Below the pieces are notes generated by a model. It was not told the origin of the DNA. It made no database searches and worked only from the letters and a program-made list of their open reading frames with translations. From Octopus sinensis (lineage: Eukaryota), in the NCBI RefSeq assembly GCF_006345805.1, contig NW_021834230.1, positions 10,624 to 74,623 on the forward strand: a stretch of DNA of 64,000 nt. Direction: 5' to 3'. Position 1 is the stretch's first letter. Every line of letters begins with the position of its first letter. This document shows positions 52,224 through 64,000 of the stretch, piece after piece. A program made the translations under genes and the position numbers.

Positions 52224-52502
52224 TAATAATAGAAGGTAAAATCGTAACGATTTTTACCAAGTGGTCAGCGCTGATGAAATAAAACCTCATAGGGAAATTT
52301 CATAAATATTTTATAATTATATACATAATTATAAACAAGGCTTGGCTTATGCCTCCCCACACACTGAAAATAGATGTGGTGGTAATGGTGTCTTTTGATG
52401 CGATTTTTCAATGCTATGGGGAGGCACAAGGTGAGCCCTTGTTATAATTATGTATATAATTATAAAATATTATTTATGTATGTGGTGTGGTGTGTATATA
52501 TA

Positions 52503-52544
<42 letters not shown>

Positions 52545-52850
52545 ATATATGTACACAATATATATATGTATTTATATATATGTGTGTATATAAATTTCAA
52601 CTATGTACATATAGATATATATATATATATATACAGACAATACAAATGCACACGGACATATACGTATATGCAGGTGCATACATAATTTAACAGGTAGGTG
52701 TATTACTGTAGAAATATATCGTTACAAATATACCTGTGTGTGTGGATAATATACACAAAACACACATATGTGCTATATATATAAATATATATTGTATGCT
52801 TACACATATATATATGCATGCATATATATATTATATATATATGCATGTGA

Positions 52851-52898
<48 letters not shown>

Positions 52899-53105
52899 TG
52901 TTGTGCATACGTATGCGGTATGTATATATATATATAATATTATATATATATATATATTATATGTATATTTATGTGTGTATATGTATACATACATATATAT
53001 ATGTTGGTAATATGTGTATATGTCTGATATATATACATATAAATGAATATATATATATATACACATGCGTATATAAACATATAATATATATATATAGCTA
53101 TTTTG

Positions 53106-53311
53106 CTATGTAGTGGCTTGTTTGCCTTTTGGGCACCTGTGGGCTGGGATGCATCGTCCATTGTGGAATACAGGTCTGTTATGTGTGCAGTGGCAACCCC
53201 TCACACACGGTTTCATGAGGCAGGATCGATCTATAGAGTTGATATTGTCGCAGGTTCGAGCACAGGCTGGGCCACACACGTTGAATTCAGCACCGTCGGG
53301 ACACGTCTTGT
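53106..53311 (-). CDS. BMPER: BMPER/crossveinless-2 terminal exon (TIL domain)
   Basis: ccag|(D)KTCPDGAEFNVCGPACARTCDN...CVRGCHC...GRCIPAHRCPKGKQATT*. TIL Cys pattern, phase 1. Not in the ORF track. Confidence 0.93.
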
Positions 53312-53431
53312 CTGGCGTTGGTTATCATGGGGAAAAGACAGAAAGGAAGAAATTATAAATACAAAATTATAATTAAAAGGATGAATATAAAATGAGACAG
53401 GGGCGTTTATTGGCACAGAAATACAAGTAAA

Positions 53432-53736
53432 TCTTTATATATAAAAGTGAGGTTGTGTGAGAGTCTGTCTCCTCCGATTTAGATTCCTAACTACTCCCAC
53501 ATTTTGCGGTGCAGTTTAACCAAAAGCGGGTATCTTATAGTCACGATTCATATCGAGCCCTTCTGGGTATTAGCGCATGTCTAAGATGAGTCTATGATTT
53601 AAAAAAAAATTTACCATAATTTTTTCGGATTTTGAATGCATTTTTTGCTCGGTTTATATAAGGGAAGTAACTCTCTAAAAGTGCTTTTATAGTTATTTCC
53701 CTTACAAATCCGAGCAACGCCGGGCGATACTGCTAG
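53432..53736 (+). mobile_element. Non-autonomous Helitron-like element, family 1
   Basis: a|TCtttatatataaaag...ccgagcaacgccgggcgatactgCTAG|t, i.e. inserted between A and T with TC/CTAG ends. Confidence 0.8.
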
Positions 53737-54317
53737 TATGATATAATTGTGTTTTGGAACAGTGGATCTGGAAGCACATAGAATAAAGTAGGCAACAAGT
53801 TGGCAGAATCGTTAGCACGCCAGACAAAATGCTTAATGGTACTTTGCACATCACTATGTTCTGAGTTCAAATTCCGCTGAGGTCGACTTTGCCTTTCCTT
53901 CTTTCGGTGTTGATAAATTAAGTACCAGTTACATACTGGGGTAGATGTAATCGACTCATCCTCTCCCCCCAAATTTCAGGCCTTGTGCTAAAATTCGAAA
54001 CCAATAAATTGTTTCCATAAATTCGTTTCCATTTCTTACCTTTAGTGGAAAGGGTTATTATTAATAGGGCAGTAAGCTGGCAGAATCATTAGTGTACCCA
54101 ACAAAATACCTGGTGGTATTTCGTTCATCGTTATATTCTGAGTTCAAATTCCGCCAAGGCCTATTTTGCATTTCATCCTTTCAGGGTTGATAAAATAACG
54201 ACCAGTTGAGCATTAGGGGGTCAACGTAATCGTCTTACCCCCTCCCCCAAATTGCTGGCCTTGTGCTAAAATTCGAAACCAATAAATTGTTTCCATAAAT
54301 TCGTTTCCATTTCTTAC

Positions 54318-54448
54318 CTTTACAATGTCCGTATTTTTCTTGTGGTATGTACAGCCCTTCTCTTGTACAGGCCCGACTGTAGGCCAGTAGGGACTCACAG
54401 GAGCAGAGTTTACCTTTGGGACAATCACACATATCCATTAGACATGAC
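54318..54448 (-). CDS. BMPER: BMPER exon (C8 domain)
   Basis: cag|(R)SCLMDMCDCPKGKLCSCESLLAYSRACTREG...HCK|gtaag, phase 2/1. Confidence 0.93.
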
Positions 54449-54610
54449 CTGCAAAATAAAATAATGAGGATGGGGCATGAACATCACATCTTCCTATTGT
54501 TCACAATTATAGAATCTTGAAGTTAACGAGGAAATATGTTGATAAAAATATTGTTCGACTAAAGGCTGTGCTCCAGCATGGCCGCAAGTAAACATCTCTA
54601 TATATGTAAA

Positions 54611-54840
54611 GGCGGTGAGCTGGCAGAACCGTTAGCACGCCGGGCGAAATGCGTAGCCGTATTTCGTCCGCCGTTACGTTCTGAGTTCAAATTCCGCCGA
54701 GGTCGACTTTGCCTTTCATCCTTTCAGGGTCGATTAAATAAGTACCAGTTACGCACTGGGGTCGATGTAATAGACTTAATACCTATGTCTGTCATTGTTT
54801 GTCCCCTCTATGTTTAGCCCTTTGTGGGCAGTAAAGAAAT
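54611..54840 (+). mobile_element. SINE family B, full length
   Basis: ggcggtgagctggcagaaccgttagcacgccgggcg...gttctgagttcaaattccgccgaggtcgactttgcc...gtaaagaaat. Confidence 0.85.
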
Positions 54841-55207
54841 ATATATGTAAATGGCAAAATGTCTGTGTGTGTGTCCTTTATACAAATCCACAATTTTTCA
54901 GTTAGAGGGCTCGCACTTTCTATGGTCATTCAAAACCATCCAAGGGTGGTCGTGCACATCTTTACATTTCCCCAGTCACTCCGCAAAGCCAATAAAAAAT
55001 CAATAGAAGTGACTTTTTTGTGAATTTTCTATCCAAAACCCAATCAAAATGCCCGAAACTTGATACGCCAATTGAATGCCAGCTAGCTGTATGTGATTGG
55101 TCGGAGATTTGGACAGTACTCGCGTGTATGTGCGCACGCACGCACGCACGCAGCTGTATATGCATGCACTAGCAGTATGACCCGGCGTTGCCAGGTCATA
55201 GTGCTAG
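54841..55207 (+). mobile_element. Helitron-like element, family 2
   Basis: Ends gacccggcgttgccaggtcatagtgCTAG|t (hairpin + CTAG). Confidence 0.55.
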
Positions 55208-55237
55208 TGGAAAAGAATAAAAGAGTAAAAGAATTAC

Positions 55238-55901
55238 CTGTAATATGTTTTAGGGTCGACTTTTTTGCGGCACTCAACGAAGACGTCGCTGAGGAGTATT
55301 TGGCACTCGCGTTCTCGCGTTTTGAAATTCTTCTCACATGGCGATTCCTTCTTCTGGAGAGGCGTCAGTCGGTTTCGGCACGCTGATAGACTACCGGTTC
55401 TCCAACTGTCGCCAAACTCTTGTTCGTTGTAGTAAGTGACACCTTTTTTCCCGATTAAATCATCGGTCGGGTCACCGTTGTAGTTTCCACACAAACCGCA
55501 CAGCTTCTTCTTGAACATGCTTGGCACCGTTATCTCCAGGAAGCTGTCTCCGTCCCACACTACTTGCATACCGTTCGGAGCATTCATCACCACCGAATGA
55601 CCCTCCTGTCGAATCCACATCGTTGGGGCCGTTACTGACCGGAAAGGAAGCTTTATGCGCCGTCGGTTCACCTTGACGATCAGTTTCTGTTGTAATGTCA
55701 CCCGAAAGTTCGGTAGCAAGATGGTGACACGATGCGTCCACGAGAAATCGGAGGTGAGGCGTGCATCGTTTTGGACCTTAATACTAAACGTTCGATCAAC
55801 ACAGTCCCTGGCTAAAACATATTTGCAGCGACCCTGAAAGTTGTAAATCTTGCCGTCGAAAGTTCGATAATGAGGATCGCCGAATACTGTACAGATGGCT
55901 T
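55238..55901 (-). CDS. BMPER: BMPER exon (VWD domain, GDPH site)
   Basis: (E)AICTVFGDPHYRTFDGKIYNFQGRCKY...VVWDGDSFLEITVP...KLCGLCGNYNGDPTDD...; acag acceptor, gtaatt donor, phase 1/2. Confidence 0.97.
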
Positions 55902-55917
55902 CTGTGAAACAACATAA

Positions 55918-55979
<62 letters not shown>

Positions 55980-56542
55980 TATTATTATTATTGAGTGAGA
56001 GAGCAGTTCATGCCATCAAAGTGACACTGGGGTACAAATATACGAAGCCCAGTATACCCGTCATGACTACCCGTTTGATAAGGGTAGACCAGGCACATGC
56101 ATCACAACCATGTGTGCGCGACATGGTGATCTCATATCAAGATAAACAGCACATGACCTTGCAGGTGGGGCCCAGTTAGAATTTTCTTCTGGTCGAGTAA
56201 GCCATCCTGCTCAAAAGGTCCCTGAGTAAAGGTTGTTTAAGGATGTTGAATGAAACACCCATGTTTCCAGAGGCGAATCATTTAAACCCCAAAGAATCCC
56301 TCTCAACACATGGCTATGATGTTCTCCCCACACCTACTTCTGCTCGTGATCAGAGATGCACATATCGTCAGCCACTAAGGGACATGCTCAACTGGTTAAG
56401 GTCAAACAACTGACAAGCAAATCTTTTGGTATTCAGCAGAATATTTGCTGTAGCCCATCTTTTATGCCAAGACAAAACAATGTACATGATAACACTTTTA
56501 TTATTATTATTATTATCCTTATTATTATTATTATTATTATTA

Positions 56543-56583
<41 letters not shown>

Positions 56584-56655
56584 TATTATTGTTATTATAC
56601 TCTAACATATAAGTAAATTGTTTTAACGAAATGGAAGAGAAGAGAAATGTCGTAC

Positions 56656-56707
56656 CTTCAACACAGACTGGACAGCACGTATCAGGGGTCAGCTGTAACT
56701 TATAACC
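56656..56707 (-). CDS. BMPER: BMPER exon (end of CR5/VWC)
   Basis: ccag|GYKLQLTPDTCCPVCVE|gtacg, phase 0/1. Confidence 0.9.
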
Positions 56708-57671
56708 CTGGTGACCATTTCGGTTTGGTAGTAGTGGTGGTGGTGGTGGTGAGAAATGTAACAATTAGAATGAGTAGAACAAATTCATATTATATATATA
56801 GAGAGAGAATTCATAAAAACAACAAAAGACAAAGACGGGTGGTGTAGACAACAAACAGATGTATTAGTATAACGCTCGGGAAGTGAAAAAGTCTTTAATG
56901 TTTCGAGCCTATGCTCTTCTACAGAAAGGAACACAGAAAGAAACGAGGAGAGAAAATAAAGAATGTGTAGTGGCTAGCGATCTATCATATATAATATATA
57001 TATCATATATAATATATATATATATCATATATAATATATATCTCATTATAAACAACATGGACCCATTTTCTTCTTAAGAAAAAAGATATTTTCATATAAA
57101 TTAAACATTGTATCATGAATAGCGATTGCGAAACCGGTCGATACATTAAAAATTATACTATAACCATGTAAGTGTACGTATTTTCCGTTTTTATTTTTCT
57201 TATATACATTACAATCCACCACGTGGGGACAACCGGAATTCCTCTTTTCTGTATATATGTATATATATATATAAACATACAACACATGGAGAATCTCTAT
57301 GTAAGCGCTACTCAAACGTTGTCCCTTAAGAGGAACCTGGGTGCACCATAGATTTTTGAAAATATAATCTAAGGGTATTTTTTAATTAGCTTGAAATGTT
57401 GTAATGGGTAAATGAAATAAATGGTTTAAAGAAAAAAAAAACATCATCCTCATCGTCGTCTTCATCGCCGTCATCGTCATCGTCATTTCACGTCCATCTG
57501 CCATGCATGCATGGGTAGGACGGTAGACAGGGGACCGGTCAGGTAGAAGACTACCCTAGACTAATGTGCCTGTTTTGGCAGGATTTTTACGGCTGGATGC
57601 CCTTCTCAACACCAACCACTCTGCAGAGCAGCAAGCCACCAATCATAGAAGGGAGAAAGGCAAGTACTTAC

Positions 57672-57776
57672 TTTAGGGCACTTCAGAGTGTTGTTACATT
57701 CTTCCATGGTGCAATGCACGTGTCCGTCCCTGCACTCGCACGCCGTGCACACGTCACGCTGCCACTTGTCTCCATG
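57672..57776 (-). CDS. BMPER: BMPER exon (CR5)
   Basis: tcag|HGDKWQRDVCTACECRDGHVHCTMEECNNTLKCPK|gtaagt. Confidence 0.93.
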
Positions 57777-58231
57777 CTGAAGAACAAAATCCAAAAACAA
57801 ATCAAAGTAAATAAATGAATAAAATAAAAATAAATGAAGGCGTAGGCGTGGCTGATTGCTTCCCAAACACATGGTTCCGGGTTCAGTTCCACTGCGTGAC
57901 ACCTTGGGCAAGTGTCTTTTGCTGTAGCCCCGGGCTGACCAAAACCCTGTGAATGGATTGGCAAATGGAAACTGAAAGAAGCCACCACCATCAGCGACAA
58001 TAGATACAACACCATGACCGCCATCACAACTACTACTACGACGACGATGACCACCACCACCACCACCACCGCCGCCTCCACCACCATCACCACCACCACC
58101 ACCGCCGCCGCCGCCTCCACCACCATCACCACCACCACCGCCGCCTCCTCCTCTACCGCCACCACCACCACCACCACCACCGTCACCCACCCCCAACGGC
58201 AACACCACCCATAACAACAATTCTTTCTTAC

Positions 58232-58375
58232 CATTTGTATTTGTCCATTATAGCGACATTCCTTCCTGGGTTTCACTTTACACTTGGGACAGCAGTTGCC
58301 CGGCGTCGTGTACTGTTGCTCCACTGGACATATAAGGACCGGACATGTCGGACTGCTACATACCATTGTGCCTTC
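58232..58375 (-). CDS. BMPER: BMPER exon (end of CR4/start of CR5)
   Basis: gcag|EGTMVCSSPTCPVLICP...GNCCPKCKVKPRKECRYNGQIQM|gtaag. Confidence 0.93.
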
Positions 58376-58777
58376 CTGCAACGAGAGATTTGAAACAGAT
58401 GTTAGGGAGAAAGGTTGGTTGTTAATCGAGGCTTTTATGATCATAGAATTCACTGGCAGGATAATAATTGCTTTCGTTTTGGTATTTGGTTGCCAGGATT
58501 CTTGTTATGAACTCGTGTGTTGAAATAGATTTTGATTATGTTTATTGCTGGTAGAGACACCATGTTTCGTTTAATAAACATAATATACTACAATGGTAGA
58601 TAATTGTCGCAAATTCTCGGCATGAAACCATTGGTAGCCTTGTTCAACAATAAATAATATTTACCAACCAATGCGGTGTTGAGCCCTCATTCTCACTGTT
58701 CGATATTAACGTGTATGGGGGGGCGTATGTGTGTGTGTGGGTGGTCGCGCGCCCGTGTGTATGCATATGTGTGTATG

Positions 58778-59668
58778 TACGAGGTTATATCAAAAAGCTC
58801 CCGAGACTACTGTAGCGCGCCAACAGCTGGCAGCACACGGTTGCGTGCTCAGTGAGGTGTTAAACTTGGGAAGTCTGCTACAGAGACATTGAGCATGCTT
58901 CGGCAAGCTTACAGCAATGGGGCAATGGGTCGTATGCAATGTTTCAAGTGGCACGTTTGCTTCAAATGCGGACGACAGATCCGTAGCTCTTCAGTCAAGA
59001 ACATGATCATTGTTTTTTTTTCTTAACAGCTGCGGTATTGTGCATCAAGAATTCGTACCCCTCCAGGGTCAGAGCATCAATCGAGAGATCTACTGCGACA
59101 TTTTGAAGCGTTTAAGGGAAGACATTCGGTGAAAGCGTCCGGATCTGTGAAGAATTCAATTCTTCACGACCACAATGCACGGCTCTCCCCCTGAATTTCT
59201 AACCAAAAACAACATGACCATCACTGCCACACTCGTCCTAATCACCAGATTTAGCATCTGCTGACTTCCATCTCTTCCCTGACGAAAACGCAGCTCAAAG
59301 GTCGCCATTTTGACACCGTTGTCACGATCAAGAGCGAATCGCAGGTCATCAACTCGCTTACCGAAAATGATTTCTAAACCGGATTCCAAAAGTGGCAGGA
59401 ACGCTGGGACCGGTGTATTGCTGCGCAAGGTGACTATTTCGAAGGGGATGATGTTAAAACTTAGGTAAACAAATTACTTTTTTATTAAATATAACTAGGC
59501 GCAGGAGTGGCTGTGTGGTAAGTAGCTTGCTAACCAACCACATGGTTCCGGGTTCAATCCCACTGCGTGGCATCTTGGGCAAGTGTCTTCTCTTAAAGCC
59601 CTGGGCCGACCAATGCCTTGTGAGTGGATTTGGTAGACGGAAACTGAAAGAAGCCTGTCGTATATATG

Positions 59669-59699
<31 letters not shown>

Positions 59700-59929
59700 T
59701 TGTGTTTGTCCCCCTAGCATTGCTTGACAACCGATGCTGGTGTGTTTACGTCCCCGTCACTTAGCGGTTCGGCAAAAGAGACCGATAGAATAAGTACTGG
59801 GCTTACAAAGAATAAGTCCCAGGGTCGCTTTGCTCGACTAAAGGCGGTGCTCCAGCATGGCCGCAGTCAAATGACTGAAACAAGTAAAAGAGTAAAAGAG
59901 AGTCCGGGAAATTTTGGTGCCACTTCGTC
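58778..59929 (+). mobile_element. Internally deleted mariner transposon, interrupted by SINE A (59497-59900)
   Basis: Left TIR tacgaggttatatcaaaaagctcccgagact, degenerate right TIR agtccgggaaattttggtgccacttcgt. Relics KLGKSATETLSMLRQAY, IVHQEFVP, SPDLASADFHLF, FQKWQERWDRCIAAQGDYFEGD. Confidence 0.85.
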
Positions 59930-60054
59930 CATATATAAATACACTTCGAGTCGGTCGAGGGAGCTTCCGCCTTTTTCTTTCTTTTCTTTGTCTTCTCAGT
60001 TACACGGTGCTGGCATCACAAGAAAAGGACCTATATTACACTCTAGAAACTTAC

Positions 60055-60161
60055 CATACATGTGCAGTCGGTGCAGTTGTCTGCACGTATGTGTTTGGAA
60101 TTGGAGTAAATCTTGTTCCGAAAGAAGCAGACCAAAGACACATCGTAGATCTTCCGAGACC
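60055..60161 (-). CDS. BMPER: BMPER exon (start of CR4)
   Basis: tcag|(G)SRKIYDVSLVCFFRNKIYSNSKHIRADNCTDCTCM|gtaag, matching the vertebrate BMPER GQRKVFDLPFGSCLFR...DNCTACTC segment (recalled). Confidence 0.93.
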
Positions 60162-61062
60162 CTGAAAAGAATGAAACAATCTATTATATGTAAGTAATAT
60201 GATTTACAGTATGACACACAATATGATATTCCATACAGTATATACGCTATATAATATATCTATATATATAATATATTAATAAATAAAACATATGCATATG
60301 TGCATACATATATGTGCGTACCAACCTCTACATGTATATATACACGCATATATGGGTACAGGACACCAAAAAAAAACGTCGAACACAATGAGAAACGAAA
60401 ACATAAACACAAAACCAAGGAACTGGACATTTTTCTTAAACAACAAAAAAAGAGTACAGGACAAATAACACAAGGAAAATTCCCCTTCTTCAGTCGCCAT
60501 GGTTTCATCTACTCTGCGTTTCGAAGGTGAAGGCGATACGCATCTTCGATAGAAACTTTCCTTCCTATATATAACTTTCCTATATATATATATATATATA
60601 TATATATACTATATAATATGATATAAGATCACTTTCTAAGGTTATCTCTACAGATTTTCTGTAGAAATTATGGCCAGCACTGATTTTGTTTGACAAAAAT
60701 GTAATCGAAGATGAAAAGTGGGTAGTAGTTGTATATGCCATACTCCAGGCGTTTTTGCTCCTTCCTCAGCGCCCGTCCGACCCATTAACCACCCACATTG
60801 CTTAAATACCCACAAAGTTCAGCAGTGTAGCACGAATGGATAAACCAGTTTACATATTAAACGCATTCCCGGCAGCTGGTCCGGACACGTGAATTACTGG
60901 TACGACGTGTTTAATATGGAAATTGGTTTATCCAGTAGTGTCGTTTCTGCTGCTCTGCCACTACAATAACAACTACAACTACTACTGCTGCCGCTGCTAC
61001 TGCTGCTGCTACTACTACTACTACTATTACTACTACTACTGCTGCTGTTGCTGCTACTACTA

Positions 61063-61100
<38 letters not shown>

Positions 61101-61102
61101 AT

Positions 61103-61138
<36 letters not shown>

Positions 61139-61139
61139 C

Positions 61140-61180
<41 letters not shown>

Positions 61181-61311
61181 CACTACTACTGCTGCTGCTG
61201 CTGCTACTACTACTACTACTAGCACCAGCATCACCCCCACAGTTAAATTAAAAGTCCCGTCCCATCCCACCGATTCCTCCCTCGTCAGGCCACAAACGGA
61301 AGCGAACTTAC

Positions 61312-61411
61312 CTTTACATTTCCGACAGCAGCTCCCTTCAGGCAGGTAGATCCGGTCCGGAGGGCAGTTCATGACGGGACAGGCCCTTTTCTCGCACGAG
61401 ATGGTCCCTTT
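61312..61411 (-). CDS. BMPER: BMPER exon (end of CR3)
   Basis: acag|KGTISCEKRACPVMNCPPDRIYLPEGSCCRKCK|gtaag, phase 0/1. Confidence 0.93.
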
Positions 61412-61632
61412 CTGTGGAAAGACAGGACGTAACGGTGATAGTCTTTAACTTGGGAATCTGATGTCTGTCTCACACTGAGCCCCACCCCCACCAGAAACTC
61501 CAGCGTGGCCATAAAGTCACGCACCATCCTACAATATGTGAAATTGCTAACATTCTCTCTCTCTTTTTTTTCTTTTATCTCTTTTCACAACTTCCGACAT
61601 TCCCCACAAACCAATCCTCATTGGATGGAGGC

Positions 61633-62024
61633 AGGCGCAGGAGTGACTGTGTGGTAAGTAGCTTGCTAACCAACCACATGGTTCCGGGTTCAGTCCCACT
61701 GCGTGCCACCTTGGGCAAGTGTCTTCTGCTATAGCGCCGGGCCGACCAAAGCCTTGTGAGTGGATTTGGTAGACGGAAACTGAAAGAAGCCTGTCGTATA
61801 TATGTATATATGTATGCGTGTGTGTGTGTGTGTGTTTGTCCCCCTAGCATTGCTTGACAACCGATGCTGGTGTGTTTACGTCCCCGTCACTTAGCGGTTC
61901 GGCAAAAGAGACCGATAGAATAAGTACTGGGCTTACAAAGAATAAGTCCCGGGGTCGAGTTGCTCGACTAAAGGCGGTGCTCCAGCATGGCCGCAGTCAA
62001 ACGACTGAAACAAGTAAAAGAGAG
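61633..62024 (+). mobile_element. tRNA-derived SINE family A
   Basis: Near-identical to 5204-5617 and 59497-59900. Confidence 0.9.
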
Positions 62025-62049
62025 ATAATGAAAAAGGCGGGGGCAAGGG

Positions 62050-62470
62050 AATGGTGTGGTGTGGGATTTGGCACCTTCAAATAACTGGACCATTTTATTT
62101 TGAGGGCTCTATGATAGGTGGTTCGTATCTGGGCATACTTGGTAACAAGATGATGCCTCACTTCGAAGGAGAAAACCTGTCTGGTTTCAGCAGGATGGGA
62201 TTCCACCCCGTTTATCAGGTAAAGGTTCATGATTTTCTGAATGAACATTTTCCAGGGAGATGGCTCGGGTGTCGTGGGCCAATTGAATGGGCACCATGGT
62301 CACCTCATTTCACTCCCATGGACTTTTTCTCCAGGGGGCTACATTAAATCCCTTGTGTATTCTGAAAAGATTCGTGACCAAGGACCTCTACAAAGAATTG
62401 TCGAAACGTGTGAAGAAGCCAAACGCTAAGAAGAAATATTTGTGAGGGTTCATCGCAGTTTCAAATTCCG
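62050..62470 (+). mobile_element. Tc1/mariner-type transposase relic
   Basis: Frameshifted WFQQDG..., VHDFLNEHFPGRWLGCRGPIEWAPWSPHFTPMDFF, GYIKSLVY. Confidence 0.8.
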
Positions 62471-62836
62471 TATGAACATTTGACTAGAGCAGTGCTTTTC
62501 AACCATTTTGCTGGAGCGGAACCCCAAGAAAACATTCCACTGGCTCGAGAACCCCTGTGCAATAATTTAATAGTCTTATGCACACATATCTGCACAGGAG
62601 AATTAAAAATTACTGTCGATTTTAGCATTTTTGTAACTTCTTGCGGAACCCCTGGACTGTACTGGCAGAACCCTAAGGTTCCGCGGAACCCTGGTTGAAA
62701 ACCACTGGTCTAGAGCCACATGGCCAACACGTCGAACATTTGTAATGGATTGCCTACTTCATTGCTAATAAAACATATTTGATATCTCCCATGGTGTGCG
62801 ACTTTGTGGCCACCCTGAATAACACGTATAACTTAC

Positions 62837-62919
62837 CTTACAGCTACACTCAATACAGGGGTCCCCTCCTGGGGTAAACGTGTCGCCATTTTTAAATACT
62901 TTCCCTCCAAAGGAACACC
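62837..62919 (-). CDS. BMPER: BMPER exon (start of CR3)
   Basis: tacag|(G)CSFGGKVFKNGDTFTPGGDPCIECSCK|gtaagt, phase 1/0. Not in the ORF track. Confidence 0.92.
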
Positions 62920-63254
62920 CTGTAAAGAAATGGGGAAAGAAATAATTCTCGGAAAATTCTCAAGCAGACCTTTCCATCGAAGTTTTACACAAAATTTCCC
63001 TCACAACACCCGGCTACAAAAAAAAACACAAAAATGGCCGTGCTGCACTCCCACGTATATTTTGTCTCCATCCAGTTCTCAGGTATTTTTTACACAAATT
63101 TTAATCAATTTTTTAAAATTACGGAAATAAACAATTAAACAAACGAACTTTCAGATAGAATTTATCTAACCATAAGCAAGCTTCTCAACACAAAGCGAAC
63201 GATTTTTACACACAATATTCGAACGCCATCATCATCATCATCATCATCATCATC

Positions 63255-63660
63255 GTGATCATGATCATGGTCATTCACATCATCATCATCATCGTCATCG
63301 TCGACGCCGTCGTCGTCATCATCATCATCGTTGTTGCCGTCTTCATTACAGCCAACACCATCACCACCATCACCACCGCCACCATCACCACTGTCATCAT
63401 CATCATCACCACCACCACCACCACCACCACCATCATCACTACCACCATCACCACCACCACCACTACCAACACAGCCATCACCACCACCATCACTACTACT
63501 ACTACTACAATCACCACCACTGTCGTCACTACCGTTATCACCAGCACCATCACCACCACACTATCACTACCACCACCATCACCACCACCACCATCACCAC
63601 CACCACCACCACTACCACCACCACCACCACCACCACCACCACCACCACCACACCATTACA
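63255..63660. repeat. (CAT)n/(CAC)n trinucleotide low-complexity tract in BMPER intron
   Basis: Imperfect cat/cac/tac triplet run; similar tracts at 58000-58200 and 60955-61225. Confidence 0.95.
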
Positions 63661-63679
63661 TGATATCTTATGGACTTAC

Positions 63680-63770
63680 CGGCACAGGATGGACAGCACC
63701 TGCCTGGAATGTGCACAGGGTTGTGACACGGTGTGTAGCACTTCATGGTCGACGCCGTCACCACAGCAGC
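63680..63770 (-). CDS. BMPER: BMPER exon (end of CR2); upstream exons lie beyond the window
   Basis: ttcag|AAVVTASTMKCYTPCHNPVHIPGRCCPSCA|gtaag. It lacks one VWC Cys, as does vertebrate BMPER CR2 (EGVVTESGVRC, recalled). Confidence 0.9.
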
Positions 63771-64000
63771 CTGAAGAGGAAGAACCGGTGCGTGTGTTAA
63801 TATTGGCACAATGACCCTCCCGACACAAAAACAACAATAGCACACCATGTGTATGGGTATGTATGTATGTGCGTATATATGTGTGTGTATATGTATGTAT
63901 GTGTGTGTATGTATGCGTATGTATGTGCGTATGTATGTGCGTATGTATGTATGTACGTATGTTTGTATGTATGTATGTACGTATGTTTGTATGTATGTAT

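Overview
AT-rich eukaryotic genomic DNA packed with (AT)n/(ATT)n/(CA)n microsatellites, tRNA-derived SINEs, MITEs, Helitrons and LINE/transposase relics. The repeat landscape looks like an octopus (coleoid cephalopod) genome, which is my inference. I reconstructed three protein-coding loci by hand: (1) an unassigned two-transmembrane ORF/exon at 10135-11307 (+); (2) RPL13 (+; coding exons 28723-28968, 29912-30085, 36669-36884; 211 aa); (3) the 3' part of BMPER/crossveinless-2 (-; 10 GT-AG, phase-compatible exons from 63770 to 53106; CR2(part)-CR5, VWD with GDPH, C8, TIL). The main unannotated result is six near-identical box C/D snoRNA genes in RPL13 introns, five of them in one 6.6 kb intron. 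Their invariant D' guide matches the vertebrate U32/SNORD32 guide for 18S Gm1328, and their second conserved guide has no target I could assign. Also found: several Penelope-type minimal hammerhead ribozyme motifs, a 16/48/240-bp hierarchical minisatellite and a 135-bp-arm hairpin. Most ORFs in the supplied track are microsatellite or SINE artefacts.
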